DNA of 64,000 nucleotides, from the IMG/VR virus record IMGVR_UViG_3300029736_000004. One strand, given 5' to 3'. The notes below the pieces were generated by a model. It did not search any database. It worked only from the letters and a program-made list of their open reading frames with translations, and had not been told where the DNA came from. Source of the DNA: a virus. Lineage: Duplodnaviria > Heunggongvirae > Uroviricota > Caudoviricetes. How positions within the stretch are numbered: the stretch's first letter is position 1; each line of letters opens with the position of its first letter. Shown piece by piece: positions 38,058 to 48,861 of the stretch. A program made the translations under genes and the position numbers.

Positions 38058-38549
38058 ATGGCCGGTTTTTCAAACACAAAAGCCGATCTCGCCTTCCTGA
38101 AAGCCAGATTCAACAAGAACCTGGCAGCAGGCGAAAAATTAATTGGCACTGAATACTGGATGACCATTAAGGGATACGAAAATCTGTCAGTGCTGATCCG
38201 CACTGCGCAGTTACCGGAAATGACGCGTGAAGACGTAGAAGATTACGCACCAGGCGGTATGAAGTTCAACCAACACGGTCCGCTGCGTAACTCAGGTGAA
38301 TTTCAGGTTACCTGTGCGGAGACGATTGAAGGTGTTGTACTCGCTGCCGTCAAAGAGATGGTTTATCAGAAGAAATATCTGGATATCTCTTTCCAGGCTG
38401 CCGCTGAATCTAACAGCGGTGACAGCAAAGGTCTGTCACGTACTTACTCACACTGCAAAGTGTATTCCGATGCCGTTGATTTCTCATCAGAAGATGTAAC
38501 GGCGGTTGTCAGACCGACCCTGCGTATTGTGTACAACTGGGTTGAGTAA
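38058..38549 (+). CDS. tail tube protein (putative)
   Basis: 163 aa, position after sheath, strong RBS. Confidence 0.45.
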   Translation: MAGFSNTKADLAFLKARFNKNLAAGEKLIGTEYWMTIKGYENLSVLIRTAQLPEMTREDVEDYAPGGMKFNQHGPLRNSGEFQVTCAETIEGVVLAAVKEMVYQKKYLDISFQAAAESNSGDSKGLSRTYSHCKVYSDAVDFSSEDVTAVVRPTLRIVYNWVE

Positions 38550-38600
38550 TACCGATCCCGCTCAAAAGAGCGGGGTTATCCCCCTCCGTCCGGAGCATCT

Positions 38601-39152
38601 ATGACACCTTCTGAACTATTAGAAAGCGTTAAAGCGCGATTCAATCCTCTTCTTGTACGGGAAGAGGAGACACTGAAAGCATTCCTGATCAAAGCATTGA
38701 CTACTTACCAGGACAGAGCGGGAGTAGTGAAGGCATTAAAGCTGGAGAAAGCAGACGGTACGGCGATCCCTGTTCCGGATGATTATCTGTCTCTGGTCCA
38801 CGTCACTGACCACAACGGACTTCTGGTTTACGCCGACGAGATTGCCGGTTTTGTCGAACTTGAGCTTACCGGTTCTGAACGCTGGCCTTTCAAGATGCAA
38901 TACCTTGTAAATCTCCGCGATCGCAACCTGGATGAGTGGCAAGTTCCACCTGCGATTATCGGAATGCTTGAGGAATATCTTGAAGCACTAATCAATGTCC
39001 GCAACGTTGCCCGCCAGCGAAGGGCGTCAATTGATGGCAAGTTTGATTACTCCGATCTTCCTGATGAGGCGACGCTCTACGCGCGTGTTCAGGAGATAGA
39101 AGAAAAAATGGCAGCCAACCGGGCCATTATCCCTGGTGCCACCATTTTTTAA
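38601..39152 (+). CDS. hypothetical tail/virion protein
   Basis: ORF in structural block. Confidence 0.4.
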   Translation: MTPSELLESVKARFNPLLVREEETLKAFLIKALTTYQDRAGVVKALKLEKADGTAIPVPDDYLSLVHVTDHNGLLVYADEIAGFVELELTGSERWPFKMQYLVNLRDRNLDEWQVPPAIIGMLEEYLEALINVRNVARQRRASIDGKFDYSDLPDEATLYARVQEIEEKMAANRAIIPGATIF

Positions 39153-39165
39153 CACGGAGGGCTAC

Positions 39166-39873
39166 GTGAGTATTTTTAGTGCTACAACGCAAACGCTAGC
39201 CAGTGCGGTATCGTTTAGCGCGAAATCGTTCACCAGCAACCTTATCAGCGACATTCTGGATAGAGCGGTGTCTGGCAGTGGCGTTAGTGGGAGCTACGGC
39301 AATGACATCGCTTACGGAAAGAACGTAGTTGCTACGGCTATGCGTATCCGCTATGCCCAGGGCTGGCAGTGGACGGTAGACGTAGACGGATTAAGCGGCT
39401 TTGATATGTTCGTTAAGGACATCACTTACAGTAGCGGGAATATTGAAACAGAAAGCAAAATCATTGGTAGCGTCGAGTTCAATAAGCCAACGCACGTAAC
39501 CGCCGGACCGGTAACAATGACGGTCAGAGACACAGAAGACGGCAAAATAATGAATTGGTTCAAGGAGCGCCGCGCCCGTGTAACCAATAGCGATGGTACG
39601 CTAAACCTGCCGCCAGATTATCTCATGAATATCAGGCTATACCGCGTTACACAGGAAGGCGGGAAAGAGCTGGAAGAGGAAATGCGTGTATTTCCGACTC
39701 AGATAGGAGAGATCAGCCGCTCACGTGATCAGGTGTCCGAATTCTTGTCCTATCCGATCACGTTCCAGCGATACACATCTGCTGGTTCCGGCCTGTCCGC
39801 ATTAGTCAATGGAGCTGCTGGTTTAGCAACAAGCGCACTTAAAAGCGCCGCCAGCAACGTGATCAAGTTTTGA
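39166..39873 (+). CDS. hypothetical tail/virion protein
   Basis: GTG start with GAGG RBS; ORF in structural block. Confidence 0.4.
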   Translation: MSIFSATTQTLASAVSFSAKSFTSNLISDILDRAVSGSGVSGSYGNDIAYGKNVVATAMRIRYAQGWQWTVDVDGLSGFDMFVKDITYSSGNIETESKIIGSVEFNKPTHVTAGPVTMTVRDTEDGKIMNWFKERRARVTNSDGTLNLPPDYLMNIRLYRVTQEGGKELEEEMRVFPTQIGEISRSRDQVSEFLSYPITFQRYTSAGSGLSALVNGAAGLATSALKSAASNVIKF

Positions 39874-39914
39874 AATGCAATATTAAAGTGCGAGAAGGAG
39901 AGGAAAGGACAAAC

Positions 39915-40208
39915 TTGAGGGCAATTTTTACACCAGCTATTTACACCAGTGATGGCATTTTTTACACACCACAACAAAATCAATGAGTTACATTCAAAAA
40001 ACACTTAACAGGTGTGCTATAAAAATAGCTATAACATACGATGCTATCTGAGGGTGATTTTTACACATTACTTATTAATCAATAAATTACAAATGATGTT
40101 AGCCGTTAAAGCTCCAACCAACTCACTAATGGTGTAAGAATTGCCCTCAATCTCCCATCTTTAAGGGCAAATCCTACACCTACAGAGAGGTGTAGAAATT
40201 GCCCTTAA
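39915..40208. repeat. RepA iterons, downstream array (incA-like)
   Basis: TTGAGGGCAATTTTTACACC-type 19-20 bp units in both orientations (39915, 40049, 40131, 40161, 40189). Confidence 0.6.
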
Positions 40209-40993
40209 GACTGCTGATAGGTGAATTTTATTTTTGTAACTCTGCCACCTTCTGTAACCTCTGAGAAAACTATTTTCATTTTTGTGTTTTTTTCGATTTC
40301 AGCTACAGCTTTTGCCAGAAAGCTTCTCTTAAATTCGGCGTACCGTTGATAGCTTTTGGGAAGACCATAACGCTCCCGCATCCATTCAACGCCAAGTATA
40401 GCGAAGCCGCTCCCATCATCCTTTCTATACTGGCATAAGGACTCATAAAGCCGCATAGAATAAGGGTTTGTCAGGCGAGACACTTCAGTAAAATTCAGCC
40501 TCGTGAACCTCTTATCAAGCAGAGTAAAAAACGGCATGAGATATGGATTCAGATGAATAATGTAAGTCCCCCGGCGTGGTGAGTAAGCATCCTTAATCAT
40601 CCAGGGATAAGACTCATAACTGTCTTCTGATTCGGTTGATTCATCAGGGTTATATATCGTGACTTTCTTCTCACTAAGTCCGGAGATAGCTTTACGAATA
40701 TCCTTGCTGGCTTCAGCAGAGGGCAAATTATACATCTCTGCATATTCGTTGACCGTCAACTCACAGGCTCCTGAACCAAGAACGCCATCCTTAGAAGCAT
40801 AGCGAAGTCTTCCCACCACAATAAACAACAGTCGCTTTTGGTCGCGTGTCAGGTGATAAGCCGCCTCTGTGATCTCATTGGCCTGCGCCAAGCTACGGCT
40901 AATTGGTGTCGCTGATTCAATCAGACTGACGGCTTTTGCCGTTAATTCCGCTCTGTTCATAACCCTGTGTGATCCTTCAAATGGTGAGGGCAA
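40205..40993 (-). CDS. repA: iteron-binding plasmid replication initiator RepA (Rep_3-like)
   Basis: C-terminal NPYSMRLYESLCQY...GLPKSYQRYAEFKRSFL pattern typical of Rep_3 initiators; flanked by iterons. Confidence 0.75.
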   Translation of the reverse strand: MPSPFEGSHRVMNRAELTAKAVSLIESATPISRSLAQANEITEAAYHLTRDQKRLLFIVVGRLRYASKDGVLGSGACELTVNEYAEMYNLPSAEASKDIRKAISGLSEKKVTIYNPDESTESEDSYESYPWMIKDAYSPRRGTYIIHLNPYLMPFFTLLDKRFTRLNFTEVSRLTNPYSMRLYESLCQYRKDDGSGFAILGVEWMRERYGLPKSYQRYAEFKRSFLAKAVAEIEKNTKMKIVFSEVTEGGRVTKIKFTYQQS

Positions 40994-41340
40994 TTTTTAC
41001 ATCACTTTGAGGGCAATTACTACACCTTTTGAGGGCAAATCTTACACCTGCTGAGGGCAAATCTTACACCTCAATAGCTTAATTGAGGGCAAATCTTACA
41101 CCTTGGTCCTCTACAAGCCCCGCCACACCTGACCTCCGCGATGCCTAAAAAGGATCTAAAAAGGATTAAAAAGAGAAAAAGGTTTATAAAAATACTCTGT
41201 GGATATGTGAATTGCGTCACTTAAGGTGTAAAAATCACCCTCAATAGTTGCTGTTCGATCGACAAAGATCCTTATTCAATACTCCCACAAATCACACACT
41301 CCCTATCCTCTGAAAAACTAACTGAACCTAGCTTTCGGAG
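40984..41340. repeat. origin region: five direct iterons plus DnaA-box-like site, GATC sites and AT-rich tract
   Basis: Iterons at 40984, 41007, 41029, 41051, 41084 (22-23 bp phasing) and inverted copy at 41225; TGTGGATAT at about 41198; AT-rich AAAAAGGATCTAAAAAGGATTAAAAAG. Confidence 0.6.
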
Positions 41341-41346
41341 GAATCC

Positions 41347-42171
41347 TTGAACATTCCCAAATTCCCATTGCCTTCACAGCCTGAAATGGAAATTCAGTTT
41401 CATGCACCTACTGTGAAAGATGCCCTGAAATATTCAGACATCAATCCGGCAGAAGACGAGGCAACCACAACAGAATACCTCAATGCCATGCAAGACGGCG
41501 AAATTAACGACAGCTCAAACTGGACAGTTCAGGATCGCAGAACCGCACTTTGGTGGATCTTTGTCAATTCCAGACCAGATGCCGTAATGACTTACTCATA
41601 CGAGTGTGGTCACTGTGGAAGCGTTCATCACGCAGATATTAACCTTTCCGACCTTGCCGAAACGGTAGAAATCCTGACTGTTCCGCCGTTTATTAAAACT
41701 ATGGTCCCAATAAACGGAGTACCAACCGAGTGGACGCTTAAACCACTAACAGGGAAAGGCGCTGAATTGCTTGAGCGTATGCGCGCCACTCTGCCTGATA
41801 TGAAAACTCCAGAGTACAGTGCTAAGGTTGCTCGTCTCCGCATAGCTGAGTTGGCCTTGTGTACATCTCTGAACGACGATCCAGAAGACTTCACACAAGC
41901 TGCAAACAGACGATTCGATATCATTGAAAACATGGCACTGGAAACCGAGTTTACCCCTCTGGTAGCTCGCATTCAGCTCATGCAGAAAGACCTTCGCCAC
42001 GGCTTAAAAATGGCTATTGAACGAGGCACAAGCCGCCTGATCCTACCGCCACAACGTTGCAAAAACGCTAAGGAGGGTGCAGACGTGACTACCACGCTGT
42101 ACGCCCCATTTCTCAATAGAGAGTTTATCCCATCAATTAGATCTGAATGGATGGCTAACCATTATCAATAA
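41347..42171 (+). CDS. hypothetical protein (274 aa)
   Basis: ORF adjacent to origin; contains CGHCG motif. Confidence 0.4.
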   Translation: MNIPKFPLPSQPEMEIQFHAPTVKDALKYSDINPAEDEATTTEYLNAMQDGEINDSSNWTVQDRRTALWWIFVNSRPDAVMTYSYECGHCGSVHHADINLSDLAETVEILTVPPFIKTMVPINGVPTEWTLKPLTGKGAELLERMRATLPDMKTPEYSAKVARLRIAELALCTSLNDDPEDFTQAANRRFDIIENMALETEFTPLVARIQLMQKDLRHGLKMAIERGTSRLILPPQRCKNAKEGADVTTTLYAPFLNREFIPSIRSEWMANHYQ

Positions 42172-42222
42172 CCTGACGTTATACGGCTACCAGCCAGTTA
42201 GTGACGTTGAACAATTACCGCA

Positions 42223-45200
42223 GTGGCGGGCACTCCATATGGAAAAAGCACTGGAAGAGAAATACAAAGCCCACGCCAAAAAAACAGGGTGATCACCGCC
42301 GATGTAAGTGAGGTTATTTTGAACGATAAAAAAGACCGAATAGCGATAATCGACGCAATACAAACGGCAAACGCGAAAGAGCTAGCTGCGCTTTCAGAAA
42401 TAAAAAAAGCACTTGAGTCTTACGGACGCAATCCTGATACCAGCGACGCACCACAAGGACGCGTAAGTCGTCGCCTGGCCCGAACAGGGAAAGCAGGGGC
42501 GCAACGCAACAGTTTCACACAGGGGCCGTATAAAGACCGGCTCCCTGCCAAGAAACAGAGATTACGTATAAACAACGCTAGCGAGATAGATAATCCGCAA
42601 AAAGCAGCAGCAGATCACCGCACCGCTCATTCGGAATCAAAAACAGCACCGCTGGCTGAAGGCAAAGCCACGAAGTCATCACCTGAGCGCATTCAGTCGC
42701 TCACTTCTGACATTCAGCCTGCAAGGCAAGAACAACCAGTTAGAGAAAACCAGAGTATCGCTGGTGCACCGTTACGGGATAGCAACGGACGATTTGCCTC
42801 TCAGAAAAAAAACGAGGATCTCGCACGCCAGAATGAGCTACGCGCACAGGCAAAACTACAGGTTGGGTTCCTGCGAAAACTCGGTTCCATTATGGGGGTT
42901 GATGGTTCAGGGAAAGTCGACGATGGAGCTGTAACCGATGCTGCTGGGGTAGGTGCTGGTGGTCCACTATGGATGGCAGCACGGGGCGTATTTGATATCA
43001 GCCGCGAGATTACTGGTAAGGCTAAATCATTGAAAGAATGGATAGATAATGGCAACGACAAGGCGGCTGGCGCACCGGTGGTCGCAAAATCCCCCGCCAT
43101 TACTTACCCGGCACCTGACAATGAAAGGAAGACTCCAGATAACGCGCCCGGTTCAGCAAAGGCATTTACTGAAGCCGTTAAAGAAAAATCTGTACGTGCG
43201 ATCGAAGAACAAACGAAAGTTCTTCAACGCAACGACAGCCAGATAATTGATGAGCTGGAAACTGTATCCGAAGAGATCCGGAAACTACGAAAGTCGCAGG
43301 AGAGTGGGCTAAAACTGAGCGACCTCCTCGGCGGTGGCGGATTACGTACCAAAATATCCCCTACACGCGGTCGTAGCAGTGCACGTGGTGGCAACACGGG
43401 CCGCACTGGAGACAGTAAAGAAAACAAGGGCAAGAAGGGAAAAAACACCAGCAAACCTACTGAGACGGGCAGGAGTCAGGAAGGCAAAGAGGGGAAAAAA
43501 AATCAGCCAGGCAAAAACAACAGTGCGGGCGAGGAAAAAAATCGGACAAAAAATGCTGGTGGGAACGAGGGTAGTACCTCACCAAAATCATCGGGTGATA
43601 AATCTTCAGTTAAAACCAGAGCAGGTAAGGTCACTGAAGAAAGTGTAGCCAAAACGGTGACTGGTGGAGCGGCAGGGAAAGACGCTGGTAAAGCGGCAAC
43701 TTCCGCTGGGGAAAGCCTTACCAGGAAAGAGGCGGGTAAGGTTGCCGTTGCCACTGGTGAAAACATCGCGAAAAAAGAAGCTGGAAAAGTGGCTCTCAAA
43801 GCTGCCGGAGGTGTTGCCGCAAGGGCCGGATTCAGGGCGATTCCAGTCATCGGCCAGGTGGCTATGGTTGGTTATGATGCCGTAGACGGCTACAGCGACA
43901 CAGAAGCGCAGAGGGCGACTTATAACCTGAAGGAAGGGCAGGACGTTACAACACAGCAAAAGAGCGCCTACGCCGCTGCTAACGTCCTGGATATGGGCGG
44001 TCTGGTGACGGGAGCGGCTAACCTCATTGGCGAGGGGATGTCCGCGCTAGGCTTTGAAGGTGTCGGACAAAAACTTCAGAGTCTTGATACCAGCAATATC
44101 GCTCGCGGCATAAATAGTTCTATCGACGCGTCGAAGAACGCATTCAGCAGCCTAAAAGAATCGTTCTCATCAAGCAGCGAAGGCACTGCGCAGGTTAAGA
44201 AAGCCGTTGAAGATGGCACCAAGCAAACGGTAGCCGCAATTAATGATCTGGCCCGACAGCTACAGGGCGGGCGCAGAGGTGAGGATGGCGTGGGTGAACA
44301 CGGCTACAAATCGCCAGACGAATTTAAAGCGCCTGAAAAAAATACAATAACGGCTGATCTGAATATAGGCGGAAGCAACGCCAAGAACAGGAATTACCGG
44401 AATAACAACCTGGGGAACCTGGTTTTTGCAAATCAGGAGGGGGCGGTACTGGAAGCGCCGAACGCGAAAGGCGAACAGCGTTTTGCGCGGTTTAATACGC
44501 CCGAAGAAGGGATTCGGGCATTGGCAAACCAGGTATCGAGTTATTACAACGGTACAAGTGCTGCCGCCGGGTATCAGAAGCTGCAAACAGTATCCAGCAT
44601 CATTTCAAAATGGGCACCACCAACAGAGAACAACACCAATCAGTACATTGAAAACGTCAGCAAATATCTCGGGGTATCCCCCAACGATAAAATAGACGTT
44701 AGCAACCCTGAAGTTATGACGCACCTTGTTCGCGCCATTGCGACGAAGGAGGGGGGTAACCCGGCGGTTAACAACAATTTCATCAAAACAGCTCTTGGTT
44801 CATTCAACGCTAAAACTGGGCGTTGGGAAGGGCAATTCAATGATGAAACGCTGGAACACATTAATAAAATCCAGAAGGAAAAGGGCGGTCCTCTAATCGC
44901 TCGCAACTCCCAATATAGTGTCGGTAGCAAAGTCAAATACGCCAACGGCTCATCTTCTGCTATTCCTGCGTCAAGCGTAGCCCAGGCTGTAATGCCTAGC
45001 CCTACTGACGTGGTTCAACACGCACAGGCAGCTAAAAAACCGAAGGCAGCTCAACAGGAAAATGCCCAGGCGATCAGCCACGCGAAAGCTAGTGGCAATT
45101 CTTCCGCCGCAGCCGGATTGACGGAGCGGTTAATGAGTGCAGACGGTGTTGGGGGCGTCATCGCCGGGATAGTTGGGGGAGATCCCAATATGGGGCTAAA

Positions 45201-46086
45201 TCTCGGCCCTGTCAGTTCTCCGGAAGAGATGTCCTCGTTAGCAGCAAAAGCCAAGCAATTGGATAAGTTTCTTGTTGAAAAAATATCCAGAGCAACGGGC
45301 AAAAACTTTAGTTTCCAGAAGGCGGAACAGATCGCCGATATCACTACGGCTATACAGCAAAAGCGCAACGTTAACCGCGATACAGAAACCATTGGCCTGC
45401 TTCCGGAGAGTCCGGCAACCATCAGCGAGAAGCGTGCCACATCGACACCGGCGGGTGTGCAGATGTACGACAACGGCTACAAGGTGGTTGAAGGTGAGGA
45501 CAGGGGCTTCTTTGGCTCGCTATTTGATTCAACTGTGTCAGGGCTTAACCAGGTAGGCTCCGCCGTCCTCCCCGCCGTTGGAGATAACCTCTCGCGACTT
45601 GTGGGCGGTATTGATAGCACCGGAATGTTAAATGACTTTGTATTGCAGTCCTCTGGACAGAATACCGATGTTGCTCGCGCTATTAGTCCGTTAACAAGGA
45701 GTGTTGGCGGTTGGCTGAATGGTGGCATACAGAAAACGGCGGATACGATCAGGGACACAACTGGCGCAATCAATCAAAGCCTGTTTGCTTCGGGCGTGGC
45801 TGCTAAAGAACCGTTCCTTGCAATGCCTCCGCAGCTACCAATCGTCACGGACCTCGCACGAAGCGGAATAAGGCAGATGCTAACAACAGATACCGCAAAT
45901 AACGATCCGGCTATGTTGAAAGCACTGGAGAACGTTTATTCCGTTCTCAAAGAGATTCTTGGCGTAAGCAAAGACAACCGAAAAGGCGATCAGGACAAAG
46001 TTGTGAACACATCACAACCACAACCTCGTCAGCGTGCCAGCACGACTATCAATGACCCATCTCTTGACAAATTACTGGAGGATTAA
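42223..46086 (+). CDS. tail tape measure protein
   Basis: 1287 aa with Ala/Lys/Gly-rich repeats (EAGKVAVATGENIAKKEAGKVALKAAGG) and a globular C-terminal region; start uncertain (GTG 42223 or 42289). Confidence 0.55.
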   Translation: MAGTPYGKSTGREIQSPRQKNRVITADVSEVILNDKKDRIAIIDAIQTANAKELAALSEIKKALESYGRNPDTSDAPQGRVSRRLARTGKAGAQRNSFTQGPYKDRLPAKKQRLRINNASEIDNPQKAAADHRTAHSESKTAPLAEGKATKSSPERIQSLTSDIQPARQEQPVRENQSIAGAPLRDSNGRFASQKKNEDLARQNELRAQAKLQVGFLRKLGSIMGVDGSGKVDDGAVTDAAGVGAGGPLWMAARGVFDISREITGKAKSLKEWIDNGNDKAAGAPVVAKSPAITYPAPDNERKTPDNAPGSAKAFTEAVKEKSVRAIEEQTKVLQRNDSQIIDELETVSEEIRKLRKSQESGLKLSDLLGGGGLRTKISPTRGRSSARGGNTGRTGDSKENKGKKGKNTSKPTETGRSQEGKEGKKNQPGKNNSAGEEKNRTKNAGGNEGSTSPKSSGDKSSVKTRAGKVTEESVAKTVTGGAAGKDAGKAATSAGESLTRKEAGKVAVATGENIAKKEAGKVALKAAGGVAARAGFRAIPVIGQVAMVGYDAVDGYSDTEAQRATYNLKEGQDVTTQQKSAYAAANVLDMGGLVTGAANLIGEGMSALGFEGVGQKLQSLDTSNIARGINSSIDASKNAFSSLKESFSSSSEGTAQVKKAVEDGTKQTVAAINDLARQLQGGRRGEDGVGEHGYKSPDEFKAPEKNTITADLNIGGSNAKNRNYRNNNLGNLVFANQEGAVLEAPNAKGEQRFARFNTPEEGIRALANQVSSYYNGTSAAAGYQKLQTVSSIISKWAPPTENNTNQYIENVSKYLGVSPNDKIDVSNPEVMTHLVRAIATKEGGNPAVNNNFIKTALGSFNAKTGRWEGQFNDETLEHINKIQKEKGGPLIARNSQYSVGSKVKYANGSSSAIPASSVAQAVMPSPTDVVQHAQAAKKPKAAQQENAQAISHAKASGNSSAAAGLTERLMSADGVGGVIAGIVGGDPNMGLNLGPVSSPEEMSSLAAKAKQLDKFLVEKISRATGKNFSFQKAEQIADITTAIQQKRNVNRDTETIGLLPESPATISEKRATSTPAGVQMYDNGYKVVEGEDRGFFGSLFDSTVSGLNQVGSAVLPAVGDNLSRLVGGIDSTGMLNDFVLQSSGQNTDVARAISPLTRSVGGWLNGGIQKTADTIRDTTGAINQSLFASGVAAKEPFLAMPPQLPIVTDLARSGIRQMLTTDTANNDPAMLKALENVYSVLKEILGVSKDNRKGDQDKVVNTSQPQPRQRASTTINDPSLDKLLED

Positions 46087-46091
46087 GACCG

Positions 46092-46466
46092 ATGCTTTAT
46101 GAGATTGATGCCCGCCTTCAGACAAACGAGAGCGGGGTGGTGATCGCTGAAGGCGACACAAACGCCTGGATAGCCCGACTCGATGAATGGCTACGGACAC
46201 CAAATGGCAGCGTTTACGGATTGCCGTCATGGGGGAATCCGATGGAGGAGTTCAAACACGAACCCTTCGGTTCTGATACGTCACACATTGTTGAAGTGGC
46301 GATTGAAGCGCGAATGATGACGAAGCTACAGCAGGACTTACCAGGGCTTGGACTCCAGGCGATCCGCTGCGCGACTGTCTCTGAAGACCAGTTACTAATT
46401 AGCTTCCAGGCAAAAGGAGGCACCGTGAATGTTGTTATGCAGAAAGATAGCGGAGATACAGCGTGA
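46092..46466 (+). CDS. baseplate protein (putative)
   Basis: Small ORF between tape measure and baseplate J-like gene. Confidence 0.4.
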   Translation: MLYEIDARLQTNESGVVIAEGDTNAWIARLDEWLRTPNGSVYGLPSWGNPMEEFKHEPFGSDTSHIVEVAIEARMMTKLQQDLPGLGLQAIRCATVSEDQLLISFQAKGGTVNVVMQKDSGDTA

Positions 46467-47893
46467 GTATTACCGAATTACTGGACAAGTTTAATGCCAA
46501 GCTGAACGAAAACCCCTGGTGGGCGCGATTTGTAAACAGCCAGTTTATTCAAATGCAGTCCGTTTTGGGCGCGCAGATTGTTTATATTGCGCGTACATTT
46601 GCAAGCCGTGCACTTACAGAAGGATTCATTTCCACCGCGACGCGTAGAGCAAGTATTCTCGCGGCAGCGGAAGACCGTGGCTATGTCGGTCGTTTGGTCG
46701 ATGCGTCATACGGCACTGTTTCCATCACCAACAAAACCGACAGGGATATTACTCTACCCGGAGGGGCTGAATTACTGACAAGTGACCAGACACCAATTGC
46801 AACCAGCAGTAGTGTTGTTATCCCTGCTGGTGAAACAGTACCCGGCATAGAAGTAAAACAGCATGAAGCAGTCAGCGTAACGTTCGACGTGGTGCAAGAA
46901 ACACCATTCTTGACGCTGTTACTTTCCCGTGAGTTAACAGCAGAAGTCGCCAGCCTGGAAGTTGTCGTGATAACTAATGGTGTCGAGGAAAAATGGACAC
47001 ATAACCCCCTGTTCCGCATGTCCAGGGATAACAGTAAACATTATGTGTTGGTTTATAAGCCGACAGAACAGATCGGCGTGCGCTTCGGTGATGGATCAAT
47101 GGGGATGATGCCAGCGGCAGGGAGTCAGGTACGCATTGACATTATGGCAAGCCTCGGTGATTACACGCTGGCTGAAGGCCAGAAACTTGAACCAGCAGGG
47201 AACATCTCCGGGTATGTCGAATCACTGGAAGTAAAAACCGATTCGATCATTTCTGGCGGTGGTGGCATGGAAACTACCGAGGAAACCCGAAACAGGGCGC
47301 AGTATTATGTGGCCTACGATGAGCAGGTTGTTTGGGGCGGTGATTACCGCCAGTTCATTCAGAACGTGGTCAGTGGCACGTCATGGCTTAACGTGTGGGG
47401 GGAGGCGCTACAGGAGAAAATAACGGGCTTTGATGTGCGTAATATCAACAAAATTTTCTTTTGTGGGCATAAGCCCGGCGTAACACAGGAAGCTCTGAAA
47501 ACAGAGATATTATCAGCCCTTGAGAGTATCCCTAATGAGCTGAATAAGAAGTTCGAATACGTCGCCACCAATGAACAGCCGTTCAATATCAAATTTACCG
47601 GTATCGTAAAAAAGAGTGTGCTGGTGGATGACGCGCTAACTGCAATTAAAGCGGCACTGGAGGAGAACTTCGGTAAAGACTCCATGTCATTTAACCAGCT
47701 ATTGCAGAGTGATGACGACTCACAGCAATGTTATGCACAGGTCAAAGTAAAAGATATCTGGCGAGTAATCGAATCGCTGGATATGTTCCTGTCTTATGAC
47801 GTGGCTACGCAGAACATGAAAGAAGCAGTGTACTTTAATGATTTTGTTTATCTGGACGTGGAATCATCAACGTTCAGCATAACCTATCCGTAA
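46463..47893 (+). CDS. baseplate wedge protein (J-like)
   Basis: 476 aa, position and size consistent with gpJ/gp6-like proteins. Confidence 0.45.
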   Translation: MSITELLDKFNAKLNENPWWARFVNSQFIQMQSVLGAQIVYIARTFASRALTEGFISTATRRASILAAAEDRGYVGRLVDASYGTVSITNKTDRDITLPGGAELLTSDQTPIATSSSVVIPAGETVPGIEVKQHEAVSVTFDVVQETPFLTLLLSRELTAEVASLEVVVITNGVEEKWTHNPLFRMSRDNSKHYVLVYKPTEQIGVRFGDGSMGMMPAAGSQVRIDIMASLGDYTLAEGQKLEPAGNISGYVESLEVKTDSIISGGGGMETTEETRNRAQYYVAYDEQVVWGGDYRQFIQNVVSGTSWLNVWGEALQEKITGFDVRNINKIFFCGHKPGVTQEALKTEILSALESIPNELNKKFEYVATNEQPFNIKFTGIVKKSVLVDDALTAIKAALEENFGKDSMSFNQLLQSDDDSQQCYAQVKVKDIWRVIESLDMFLSYDVATQNMKEAVYFNDFVYLDVESSTFSITYP

Positions 47894-47902
47894 GAGGTCA
47901 CA

Positions 47903-48745
47903 ATGCAGAATAACTGGCTAAAAGAGCGTCTGACGCAATTTAAACAGGATTCTAAATTGTGGGCCGCCTTTGTTGATACGATTCAGGACGTGTGGAATGA
48001 ATCGGTTGAACCTATTCTCACGCGAATAAGCAACCGTAAATCGTTTTTCACAATGGCAAGCGAGGATATGGACACTCGCATTGCTGAATATGGTCGTTTC
48101 TTTGTTATCACAGAAACGGACAAAACACGCAGGCCAATGCTATTAGCTCAACGACTGGATGAGGTGCACTTCAAAGGAACAGTAAGGCCGATAGAGCAAA
48201 CGTTCTGGCGTGAATTTGGCACAATCCCCGTCTCATGGGAACCTTTGTATGCGCCTGTCGATACAGAAAAACATCCCTATGGTTCATTCTTCGCGACTGC
48301 AAATGAAATACCGACTGCTCAGGCACAATATGGTGAGTTTTTCCTGACATCCAGAGGGCTGGTTGTCGTCAACCAAAATAAGCTGTATCGAGCTTATGAT
48401 AGCGATGACAGAGACGTTGCTGTACAGAAGCTACTTGCTGATTTTGATACGGTTATAGCGCCGCTATTGCCATTGCATATCGTGTTTGATGGTGTTTCTT
48501 TCCAGTTGAGCGCAACATTGCCGGAAATGGCGGAGATCCTGAATTGCTTATCTGCGGAAGTGTCCTTTATTGAGGGGGTGTACACGACGCAAGAGATGGT
48601 CGATGAACTATCTATTAGCGATACGATCATTCAATTAGACGGCATCCAGTTCGCAGGAAGGCCAGACCGGACGACGGAAAGAGTGCTTCATCTCGATGAA
48701 CTCCCGCTCGACGCCTGGGCGCTGGATTATAATTTTGCACCTTAG
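47903..48745 (+). CDS. tail/baseplate protein (I-like)
   Basis: ORF following the J-like gene. Confidence 0.4.
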   Translation: MQNNWLKERLTQFKQDSKLWAAFVDTIQDVWNESVEPILTRISNRKSFFTMASEDMDTRIAEYGRFFVITETDKTRRPMLLAQRLDEVHFKGTVRPIEQTFWREFGTIPVSWEPLYAPVDTEKHPYGSFFATANEIPTAQAQYGEFFLTSRGLVVVNQNKLYRAYDSDDRDVAVQKLLADFDTVIAPLLPLHIVFDGVSFQLSATLPEMAEILNCLSAEVSFIEGVYTTQEMVDELSISDTIIQLDGIQFAGRPDRTTERVLHLDELPLDAWALDYNFAP

Positions 48746-48762
48746 CAAACCAGGCCCCACCA

Positions 48763-48790
48763 ACCTGGGTGGGGCCATTTCTCAAAACAA
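48763..48790 (+). terminator. terminator-like hairpin
   Basis: GGCCCCACC-AACCT-GGGTGGGGCC followed by ATTTCT. Confidence 0.4.
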
Positions 48791-48861
48791 AAGACCACTG
48801 GAAATCACAAACTGAACATACTGCCCTTCGATTTATTGCTTGTTAAAGGGGCTATGTTCGT

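Noticed and set aside
40984-41103. Direct repeats that could be mistaken for a CRISPR array or transposon end
   Set aside because: 20-bp units at 22-bp phasing flanking a Rep_3-like gene; interpreted as replication iterons.
42801-43959. Several minus-strand ORFs of 76-117 aa
   Set aside because: Antisense shadows within the tape measure gene, produced by its repetitive GC-rich coding sequence.
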